Source: Verrucomicrobiales bacterium
GTDB lineage: Bacteria > Verrucomicrobiota > Verrucomicrobiia > Limisphaerales > UBA1100
Assembly: GCA_005809105.1 (NCBI GenBank)
Contig: SYLI01000055.1
Location: 5,039 to 69,038, forward strand
DNA length: 64,000 nt
Reading direction: 5' to 3'
Positions 37,110 to 45,204 of this stretch are shown here, one piece after another (the first letter of the stretch is position 1; every line of letters begins with the position of its first letter). Under the pieces are notes generated by a model. That model was not told the DNA's origin, searched no databases, and saw nothing but the letters and a program-made list of their open reading frames with translations. The translations under genes were made by a program, and so were the position numbers.

Positions 37110-38459
37110 ATGAGCGGACACAACCTGTTGACCCGGCGCGCCGTGCTGCGCGGCATGGGTGCCACGCTGGCGTTGCCCTGGCTGGAGGCGATGGGCCCGC
37201 AAACGGGCTGGGCTGGCGGCGCCACTCCGGCGGCCAAGGCGGCGCCCAACCGCATGGCGTTCCTCTACGTTCCCAACGGGAAGAACATGGTGGACTGGAC
37301 GCCCAAGTCAGCCGGCGAACTCGGTGAGCTGCCCGCCATCCTCGAACCCCTCGCTGAGCACAAGAAGGAGTTCTCCATTCTCACTGGCCTCACCGCCGAC
37401 AAGGCCCGCGCCCACGGCGACGGCGGCGGCGATCACGCGCGCGCGCTGGGCGCGTTCCTGACGGGCGCGCAGCCGCGCAAGACCGACGGCACCGACATTC
37501 GCGCGGGCATTTCGGTGGATCAGGTGGCGGCCTCGCGGCTGGGCAGCCAGACGCGGCTGGCCTCGCTGGAGATGGGCACGGAAGCGGGTGCCATGGCGGG
37601 CAACTGCGATTCGGGCTACTCGTGTGTCTATTCGTCCACCATGTCGTGGCGGTCGGCCACGCAGCCGCTGCCCAAGGAAGTGAACCCGAAGCTCGTCTTC
37701 GAGCGTCTGTTTGCCGCTGGTTCCGCGCAGGATCGCGCCCGGCGCGACGCCCAGCGCAAGAGCGTCCTCGATCTGGTGAAGTCGGATTTCGAAGAGCTCA
37801 ACGGAAAACTGGGCCGTGGCGACCAACGCAAGCTTGACGAATTTGCCACGGCCGTCCGTGACATCGAGCTGCGCATCGAGCGCGCCGGCCGTTTTCCCGA
37901 GCCCAAGGCGCCCGCGGGGTTTGCCGCGCCCGCTGGTGTGCCCGACAGCTTCGAGGCCCACATCCGTCTCATGTGCGACCTTCTGGTGCTGGCATTCCAG
38001 ACCGACACCACGCGCGTCTGCACGTTTGTGCTGGCCAACGAGGGCAGCAACAAGCCCTATCCCTTTATTAACGTCGCGGAGGGCCATCACGATCTCTCAC
38101 ATCACGGCAACGACCCCGCGAAGAAGACGAAGATTGCGGCGATCAACCGATTCCACACGCGGCAGCTGGCCTATCTGCTGGGCCGTCTCAAGTCGGTGAA
38201 GGAGGGCGATGGCACGCTTCTGGATCACTGCATGGTGGCCTACGGCAGCGGCAACTCTGACGGGAACGCGCACAATCATGATGACCTGCCCGTGCTGCTC
38301 GCCGGGCGCGGTTGCGGCACGCTGCGGCAGGGGCGCCACCTTGTCTTCCAGAAGGAAACGCCGCTCAACAACCTCTGGCTGGCGATGCTCAATCGCATGG
38401 ATATGCGCGTCCAGCAACTGGGCGACAGCACCGGCGAACTCAAGAACCTGGCGGCCTGA
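37110..38459 (+). CDS. DUF1552 domain protein (Tat signal)
   Basis: Begins TRRAVLRGMGATLALPWLEAM and carries the HHDLSHHG (HxxSHH) signature. It starts 29 nt after its partner gene. Confidence 0.85.
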   Translation: MSGHNLLTRRAVLRGMGATLALPWLEAMGPQTGWAGGATPAAKAAPNRMAFLYVPNGKNMVDWTPKSAGELGELPAILEPLAEHKKEFSILTGLTADKARAHGDGGGDHARALGAFLTGAQPRKTDGTDIRAGISVDQVAASRLGSQTRLASLEMGTEAGAMAGNCDSGYSCVYSSTMSWRSATQPLPKEVNPKLVFERLFAAGSAQDRARRDAQRKSVLDLVKSDFEELNGKLGRGDQRKLDEFATAVRDIELRIERAGRFPEPKAPAGFAAPAGVPDSFEAHIRLMCDLLVLAFQTDTTRVCTFVLANEGSNKPYPFINVAEGHHDLSHHGNDPAKKTKIAAINRFHTRQLAYLLGRLKSVKEGDGTLLDHCMVAYGSGNSDGNAHNHDDLPVLLAGRGCGTLRQGRHLVFQKETPLNNLWLAMLNRMDMRVQQLGDSTGELKNLAA

Positions 38460-38467
38460 TCCCCCCT

Positions 38468-39967
38468 CTAGCGGGCGCGCCTGAACAGCGTTGCCACGGG
38501 CTCAAACGAAACGCGCTCATCCAGCGGAAACATCGGCCGCGCGCAGCGTGTGTGGCCTAAGCTCAGCAGATTTGCGCTGGTGGATCCGGGCGCGTCCACG
38601 TCCACGTAGCGCGCCGCCCACGCCTTGAACATGTGCTCCTCGCAATGCGGCGACTTCACCACCACGGCGCCAAAGTGCCGTGGATCCAGTCCGTGCGCGA
38701 GGAACAGCGCGCGGTCATAGAGGCTCACCGCGCGGCTGGTGACAATCAGCGTGAAACCGCCAGACTGAATCACCGCCGTGCGCCCGGCCTGCCACAACTC
38801 GCGCGTCGTCTCGCTGTGGAACCATCCATCGGAGAGCATCCGCACACGGCCCTCGATGGGCAGCGGCGTGAAGCGCCCGCGATCCAGCGCCCCGCCCACC
38901 GTTGTCTTTACCGTGTGGCCCACGCCGACAGAAAAGGCTGCATCCACCGCGCCGGGATCCACGATGGGAATGAGTGCGCTGCCGCGGTATCCAGCTTCGA
39001 GCAGCGCGCGCAAAATGGCATTGCTGTCGCCCGATGCTCCGGAGCTGGTGGCATCGGCAGCGTCCACCAGCACCACGGTGCCGGACTTGTTCTCCGTTGT
39101 GATGCGCGCCGCGTCGGCGAGGCTCGTGAGCGGCACCTGCATCTTTTCGTGATGCTCCCAGAACAGGTTCGCGATGCGCAGCGCTTCGCGTTTTGCGCGC
39201 GCCGCGTCGTTGTCGGTGACGACGAAACTGTTTGAGGCGAGCGCCGGAACGTCCGTGAAGGGATTGCCCCACATCATGGCGGCCGAGAGCCCGCCGGGAC
39301 TTTGCTCGATGGCCTTCGCCGCGTTCACGGCGTGGCGGATGAAGCCGGTCTCGGTGATGAGTTCGTCGCCGCGCACGAGCGCGGGCACCGTGACTTTTGC
39401 CGTCACGGGTTTGACTTCGCCCGCGAGGATGCGCAGGAGAAGCCTTGCCGCACGCGCGCCGGTTTCGAAGAAGTCCACATGGGGATAGGTGTGAAAGGCC
39501 ACGGCTGCGTCGCTGTGTTCCAACATTCGATCGGTAAGGATGCCGTGAAGGTCGAGCGAGATGACGATGGGCACACGCTCGCCGACGATCTTTCGCGTCT
39601 CGGCGAGCAACCAGCCTTCGGGGTCGCCCTCGTTCTCCGTCGCCATAGCACCGTGCAGGGAAAAGTAGATGCCGTCCACCGGCGGAGCTGCCTTGATGCT
39701 CGCGAGCAATTCGCCCGCGATGCGGGAGAATGCCGCATCTGCCAGCGTGCCGCCGGAGGTGATGAAGTGGGCACTGCACGCCGGCACGAGTTCCAGGCCC
39801 GGTGTCGCATCGAACACACTCAAAGCCCCGCCCACCTCGCTGCGCACGCCACGGTGGTAATCCAGAAGCGCCTGCCCATGCCGCATCGTGAAGTCCGCAT
39901 AGCCGCTCAGCACGGGATTAAACGTGGACACTTCCTGTTTGCATTCGGCGATGAGGATGCGCGGCAT
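38468..39967 (-). CDS. M81 family metallopeptidase (MlrC-like)
   Basis: Begins MPRILIAECKQEVSTFNP. Motifs GIYFSLHGAM and HTYPHVD; length about 500 aa. The track ORF is trimmed to the ATG at 39967. Confidence 0.8.
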   Translation of the reverse strand: MPRILIAECKQEVSTFNPVLSGYADFTMRHGQALLDYHRGVRSEVGGALSVFDATPGLELVPACSAHFITSGGTLADAAFSRIAGELLASIKAAPPVDGIYFSLHGAMATENEGDPEGWLLAETRKIVGERVPIVISLDLHGILTDRMLEHSDAAVAFHTYPHVDFFETGARAARLLLRILAGEVKPVTAKVTVPALVRGDELITETGFIRHAVNAAKAIEQSPGGLSAAMMWGNPFTDVPALASNSFVVTDNDAARAKREALRIANLFWEHHEKMQVPLTSLADAARITTENKSGTVVLVDAADATSSGASGDSNAILRALLEAGYRGSALIPIVDPGAVDAAFSVGVGHTVKTTVGGALDRGRFTPLPIEGRVRMLSDGWFHSETTRELWQAGRTAVIQSGGFTLIVTSRAVSLYDRALFLAHGLDPRHFGAVVVKSPHCEEHMFKAWAARYVDVDAPGSTSANLLSLGHTRCARPMFPLDERVSFEPVATLFRRAR

Positions 39968-40025
39968 GGTGAGGGGAAAAGGATAGCCCGGCCTGCGGGC
40001 GTCAACAAGGGCGTAGGGTGGGCCT

Positions 40026-41468
40026 TTATCCGTGCGACAGGAGCTGCCACACCATCGCGGCGGATATCGCCCCATAGGCCAGCGCGCAGAGCACGAGTGC
40101 GGCGCGGCGCCATGCCGGCGGTCGCAATGAAGGCGGCAGCAGGGTGGTGTTGACCTTTAGGATTTGCACTGCCGAGAGTGCCGTGATGGGCGCGGCGGTG
40201 GCTCCCAGGATGGAGAGCAGGGTCTTCGCGTCGCCGAGAAATGCGCCCACCACAGCGACGAGGGAGAACGCCAGCAGCAACACGCCGTAGATTCGGCCCG
40301 AAGGCATTTGGCGAACACGCGGCGCACACGCCCACAGCAGGTCGGTGAGCAGCCGCGCGAGCACGTCCGCGTTGGTGAGTGCCGTGCTAAAAAGGATCCA
40401 GAAACCATTGAGCAGGCCCAGGAGCCAGAACCCTTCCCACACCTTGCGCATCTGGGCGGCCTGGAACACGCCCGCAGCAACGCCGGAAATACTTAAGCCT
40501 GGCTCGAACAGGGCCGCTGCCAGATTGACCATCAGGAACATTCCCACGAGGCAGCCGCCGGCCCACAACAGCGACTGGTCCACCACGGCGTATCGCCACC
40601 AGCCACGCCAGCGCCGCAGATTCTCGTCGTTGATAGGAAATACGGCGCCGGTGGGGGAAAGGGTTTGTTCGCGCGACCAGACCCCGCCCAAGTGGCCGGT
40701 GGCTGCGCCCATGCCGAATCCCTTGTCGCGAAACCAGCTGGCCACCGCCAGATTTCCCACGCCGCCCGCTCCTGCCAGGGAAGCGAAGACGGCGAGCATC
40801 ACGAAGTCGACATCCTGCGGCCACGCGCCCACATGGAGGAATCCCACGGCGGTTCGGCCCCATTCGCGTGCGGGGACAAACGCGAGATTGGCCCAGACCA
40901 GAAATGCGAAAATGAACGCGATCATTCCCCAGGAAAGTTTTTCGAGAAGGCGTTCGACCCTCTTGCCAGAGGCGAGAATGAGCGCCGCGGCCACCACCAG
41001 CGCGACCGTGATCCATTGCACCGTCGGCTGGTCACCTGCGCCGGGCGTGCGCCCGGCTGCCATGGCAAAGACGATGCCCGCGCTGGCGGCGGCGGCGGCC
41101 GGCAGTCCCAGTTGGGCGATGGCGCCGAGCGCATACAGCGGGCCCCACAGGCGCGGGCCAGGTTGCAATCGCATGATGCCGGTCAGGATGGGTTCGCCTG
41201 TGTAGAGCGTGTAGCGTGCGGCTTCGAGGTTAAGCAGGCATTGGAGGATGAACGCCGCCGTGGCCAGCCAGAGCACGCTGCGCCCGTGCTGCACCACGAA
41301 CATCGGGCCGACAATCCACTCGCCCATGCCAATGGCGCCCACCAGCAGGATCGCGCCGGGTCCGATGGTGCGCAGCGTGTTGGTGAAATTAAAGGGAAGC
41401 GGCTCGGGCAGCTCGCCCACACGCCACGGTGGCAGGCAGCCGTGCGGGGGCTTGGCGTCAGGGTGCAT
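40026..41468 (-). CDS. Nramp-fold membrane transporter, non-canonical (metal-site motifs replaced)
   Basis: A polytopic membrane protein. GPGAILLVGAIGMGEW..LW....LQ..LN.EAARYTLYTGEPI aligns by eye to Nramp TM1-TM2, but DPGN reads GMGE. The stretch that best aligns to the TM6 MPHNL motif reads GGVGNL. The start at 41468 overlaps the upstream stop by 11 nt. Confidence 0.6.
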   Translation of the reverse strand: MHPDAKPPHGCLPPWRVGELPEPLPFNFTNTLRTIGPGAILLVGAIGMGEWIVGPMFVVQHGRSVLWLATAAFILQCLLNLEAARYTLYTGEPILTGIMRLQPGPRLWGPLYALGAIAQLGLPAAAAASAGIVFAMAAGRTPGAGDQPTVQWITVALVVAAALILASGKRVERLLEKLSWGMIAFIFAFLVWANLAFVPAREWGRTAVGFLHVGAWPQDVDFVMLAVFASLAGAGGVGNLAVASWFRDKGFGMGAATGHLGGVWSREQTLSPTGAVFPINDENLRRWRGWWRYAVVDQSLLWAGGCLVGMFLMVNLAAALFEPGLSISGVAAGVFQAAQMRKVWEGFWLLGLLNGFWILFSTALTNADVLARLLTDLLWACAPRVRQMPSGRIYGVLLLAFSLVAVVGAFLGDAKTLLSILGATAAPITALSAVQILKVNTTLLPPSLRPPAWRRAALVLCALAYGAISAAMVWQLLSHG

Positions 41469-42438
41469 GCGGTGCGCCCGCGATTTTCTCGGCCGCCTGC
41501 ATGAGCCCGCGCATATAGCCGTAGGCAAAGAGGCGGCCCAGCATGGTGTAGCCCGGTTCGCCCGCCTCTTCGCCGACAAGCTGCGGCACATGGTCGGGCC
41601 GCATGGGCCCGGCGAATCCCACTTCACGATACGCCGTCATGGCCGCGACCATGTCCGTGGGGCCCGCGTCATGAAACGTCTCCACAAAATGCCCGGGCCC
41701 GCTGCCCCGTACATCGCGAAAATGCACGTAGCGAATATGCGGGCCCAGCCGGCGCACGGTCGCGGGGATGTTCACGCCCATCGCCGCGAAGGTCCCCTGA
41801 CAGAAACAAATCCCGTTGTTCGGGCTGGGCCGCAGTGACACCAGACGCTCGAGATTCTCCACCGAGTTCATGATGCGCGCCTTCCCCAGAAACTCCGGAA
41901 TCGGCGGGTCGTCCGGGTGCATTGCCAACTGCACGCCGCATTCTTCTGCGACGGGCACGAGTTCGCGCAGCAACCGCTCCAGATTGCGCCAGAGTTCGTC
42001 CGCGCTGATACGGCCTGCGTCGATGGACGCGGCGGTTGCGCTGAGCGACACGGCGCGCTCGGCGGCGCGCAGGTCGAACTCCGTCACGCGCGCCCCACCG
42101 CGCGCGGGAGTGTCCACGCGGGTGCGCACCCAGTCGGTGCCCGCCATGAAGTTGTAGCAGAGAATCGGAATCCCAAGCCGGCCCATCTGCCGCAACAGCG
42201 ACTGGAGTGCCGCCAGCTCCGCGCCGTCGTGGTCGCGGCCCATCTTGATGCGTTCAATGGGGAGATAACCCTCCACAATGGCCAGTCGCATCCCGTGCGC
42301 CTCGATTTGCGCCTGCGTCCTTGGCAGCGCCTCCTCGTCCGGACCAAGATAGCGCACCGTGATGTCCTGCACACCGCACTGGGCGGCGAGGGCAAGGTGG
42401 TAGTCGTCAAGCGGGGTGAGGACGGAGGCCAGTCGCAT
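41458..42438 (-). CDS. uxuA: Mannonate dehydratase (UxuA) family / TIM-barrel sugar-acid dehydratase
   Basis: The LAMHPDDPP motif, YVHFRDV and NFMAGTDW resemble the UxuA family, so the call is at family level only. ATG at 42438 (the track start at 42444 is TTG). Confidence 0.65.
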   Translation of the reverse strand: MRLASVLTPLDDYHLALAAQCGVQDITVRYLGPDEEALPRTQAQIEAHGMRLAIVEGYLPIERIKMGRDHDGAELAALQSLLRQMGRLGIPILCYNFMAGTDWVRTRVDTPARGGARVTEFDLRAAERAVSLSATAASIDAGRISADELWRNLERLLRELVPVAEECGVQLAMHPDDPPIPEFLGKARIMNSVENLERLVSLRPSPNNGICFCQGTFAAMGVNIPATVRRLGPHIRYVHFRDVRGSGPGHFVETFHDAGPTDMVAAMTAYREVGFAGPMRPDHVPQLVGEEAGEPGYTMLGRLFAYGYMRGLMQAAEKIAGAPHAP

Positions 42439-42542
42439 CGGCAAGGTGGGGATGTCTTGCAGCCAATCTCACATGGTGGCCGCTGGTCATCAAGCGGGAA
42501 GGCCCGCGTGTGCCGCAGCGTATTAGTCGCGCATCGACTCCA

Positions 42543-43949
42543 ATGCGGGCAACCTCTACGCTGTCCCTCGTGACCACTCCGGGTGCTTCCGACCGCGTCG
42601 CCACGCGCATCGTGTGGGGGATGGCTGTGGGGTTGGTCGCGGGCATTCTGCTGCGAACTCTCTTCGAGCGCGTGCCGGGAGCCGAGGCGCTCTTCGGCGT
42701 GCTTCCCGAAAGCGCACACGTTTCGGGCTGGCTCACGACTGAGGTGCTCGATCCCTTCGGCCAAATCTTCCTGCGCGTACTCTTCTTCGTGGTCGCGCCG
42801 TTGGTGTTTGGCTCGCTGGCGCTGGGCGTCGTTCAGTTGGGCCGGCTGGACCGTCTGGGCCCGATGGCGGCGCGCACGTTCGCTCTCTTTGGCATCAACA
42901 TGGCAGTGGGCGTTGCGCTCGGGTTGGTGATGATGAATCTGCTCCAGCCGGGGCGTGGTCTGGATTCAGAAGCCCGCAGCAGGCTGGTGGCTCAGGCTCA
43001 GGCCACCGCGCAGGCGCGGGATCTTCAGGCGCACGCGGAAAAAGAACCCGTGCGCGTGACCTTCGCCACGCTGGTGGAGATGTTCATGCCGCGCAATCTG
43101 CTGCAGGCGGTCGTGGGGTCCGAGCGCGGGCGCTTGGGCGATGTGCTGCCGCTCATCCTCTTCGCGCTGCTGTTGGGCGCGGCGGGCACGACCCTTGCGG
43201 AGGGGCAGCGCCGCCAGTTGCAGGAGGCGCTGGAGGTTCTCAACAACCTCATGCTCACCATCGTGCAGTTTGCGCTCCGTCTCGCACCCTATGCCGTGGC
43301 CGCGCTGCTCATGAGCATCGTCATCAAGATGGGCCTTGGGTTTTTGAACCAGCTGCTGCTCTTTGTCGTGGGCGTTCTGGGTGTCATGGCGCTGCACCTC
43401 TTTGGCACGATGTCCCTGCTGCTGAAGCTCGGCTCTCGCCGCTCCCCCCTGCAGTTTTTCAAGGCCATCACGACCGTCATGGTGACGGCCTTTGCCACCA
43501 GCTCCAGCAATGCCACGCTGCCCACCACCATTCAGGTCAGCCGCGAAAAGCTGGGGGTGTCGGCTCCCACGGCGGGCTTTGTGCTGCCGCTGGGCGCGAC
43601 CATGAACATGAGTGGCACGGCCACCTACGAAGGCTGCGTCATCCTGTTCATCGCGCAGGTGTACGGCATCCCGATCACGCTGGGACAGCAGGTCACGCTG
43701 CTGGCCCTCGCGGTGCTGAGTGCCGTGGCGGTCGCGGGCATCCCGGGCGCGTCGCTGCCGCTCATCATGGGTTTGCTCGGCACCTTCGGCGTGCCTCCGG
43801 AGGGCATCGTGCTGATCTTGGGAGTGGACCGCGTGCTGGATATGGCGCGCACGGTGCTCAACGTTGCGGCCGATATGGTGACGGCCGTGATTGTGGACGA
43901 ACACATGGCGGCAGAAAATCCGGCGCCCGGCGGCGGCGCGCCGACGTGA
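42543..43949 (+). CDS. Dicarboxylate/amino acid:cation symporter (DAACS/GltP family)
   Basis: Motifs SSSNATLPTT, GATMNMSGTA, AGIPGASL, DRVLDMARTVLNVAADM. The start codon is uncertain (42510 GTG or 42543 ATG). Confidence 0.85.
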   Translation: MRATSTLSLVTTPGASDRVATRIVWGMAVGLVAGILLRTLFERVPGAEALFGVLPESAHVSGWLTTEVLDPFGQIFLRVLFFVVAPLVFGSLALGVVQLGRLDRLGPMAARTFALFGINMAVGVALGLVMMNLLQPGRGLDSEARSRLVAQAQATAQARDLQAHAEKEPVRVTFATLVEMFMPRNLLQAVVGSERGRLGDVLPLILFALLLGAAGTTLAEGQRRQLQEALEVLNNLMLTIVQFALRLAPYAVAALLMSIVIKMGLGFLNQLLLFVVGVLGVMALHLFGTMSLLLKLGSRRSPLQFFKAITTVMVTAFATSSSNATLPTTIQVSREKLGVSAPTAGFVLPLGATMNMSGTATYEGCVILFIAQVYGIPITLGQQVTLLALAVLSAVAVAGIPGASLPLIMGLLGTFGVPPEGIVLILGVDRVLDMARTVLNVAADMVTAVIVDEHMAAENPAPGGGAPT

Positions 43950-43962
43950 GTTGGGTGGGATC

Positions 43963-45204
43963 TCAGAGTCCGCGGCGTTGATCGGACGGGAAGAGAAACC
44001 GGATGCCGGCCAGCACGCACAGCCCGGCAATGAGGTACGCCAGCGCCGAGTGGGTCAGCAGCTTGTGGATGCCGACCGATTGCTTCCAGATCCCGCCAAA
44101 GAGCGTCGCGAACCCGGAGACGCCCGCGCCAAAGAGATTGAGCACACCCACGGCGGAGGCGCGCGCGCCGAGCGGGATGACCTCGAAGGCCGCCGGGAAA
44201 ATGTTGCCCATGAAAAAGCCACTGAGGAACCCAAAGCCTGCCGCGGCCGCGCGCGTTTCGGAGAGCGTGTTGCTGTTGCCCAGATAGTGGAGGAAGGGCG
44301 CGCAGCCCAAAAGGCCCAGCGCGAGCAGCCACAGGCGCGAGGCGGCGGTGCGGCGATAAAGCGCGTCGGCCAGGACGCCGCCGACGAGGATGCCCAAGAG
44401 GGTGGCGCCCTGCAGATAGGCCGTTGCGTTAAAGGCGGCATCGCCAAGAGAGAGCTGGAATTTCTCATGTAGGAAGGTCGGCAGCCACCCGTAGAGCAGC
44501 CAAAGACCGAAAACGAAAACGGGAAAGACGAGGCAAAGGAGCCCGTAGGTGGGTGTGCGCGCCAGTAGCGTCAGGGTTCCGGCGCGGGCAACGGCGGGGA
44601 GTTTTTCAGGCGCCGGTTCGTCCACCCCACGCAGGAAGATCATGGCGGGAATAGCGAAGACCAGACCCAAGCCGCCGAGCACAAAGAATGCCTCGCGCCA
44701 GTGGCCTTCGCCCGCCATCCAACCGCCGAACCAGCCGCCGCCCACGTTGCCGAAGATTTGCGCGGTGGTCAGTATGGCGATGGCCCGCGATCGCCGTTCG
44801 GGAGCGAACGCGCTGGCTGTGAGCGCGATGGCCGAGGGCATGAAGAGCGCCTCGGAAATTCCCATGAGCGCGCGCAACGCCAGCAGCGTTTCCGGCGTGC
44901 GCGAGAGGCCCGTGGCGATCGTCACCCCACTCCAGACTGCCAGACTGATGAGGATCAACCGCCGCTTGGAAACTTGGTCGCCGATGTATCCGGCCAGGAG
45001 GCTGCCGACGCCGTACACCCACAGGAAGTACGCACCCACCAATCCCAATTGGCGGTCGTTGAATCCCAGATCGGTCTTGAGCACCGGGAACATCGAGAAC
45101 ACCGCCTGCCGGTCGCAGTAGTTGAGAAAGTACGCAAACCACATGAACGCCACCAGCGCTGCGGCCTGACGCGGCGCGATTGGGGTGTGTTCGGCCGAGG
45201 CCAT
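43963..45204 (-). CDS. MFS transporter
   Basis: A twelve-TM-like hydrophobic profile with the GYIGDQVSKRR loop motif. Its ATG shares 1 nt with the stop of the upstream gene (TGATG). Confidence 0.85.
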   Translation of the reverse strand: MASAEHTPIAPRQAAALVAFMWFAYFLNYCDRQAVFSMFPVLKTDLGFNDRQLGLVGAYFLWVYGVGSLLAGYIGDQVSKRRLILISLAVWSGVTIATGLSRTPETLLALRALMGISEALFMPSAIALTASAFAPERRSRAIAILTTAQIFGNVGGGWFGGWMAGEGHWREAFFVLGGLGLVFAIPAMIFLRGVDEPAPEKLPAVARAGTLTLLARTPTYGLLCLVFPVFVFGLWLLYGWLPTFLHEKFQLSLGDAAFNATAYLQGATLLGILVGGVLADALYRRTAASRLWLLALGLLGCAPFLHYLGNSNTLSETRAAAAGFGFLSGFFMGNIFPAAFEVIPLGARASAVGVLNLFGAGVSGFATLFGGIWKQSVGIHKLLTHSALAYLIAGLCVLAGIRFLFPSDQRRGL

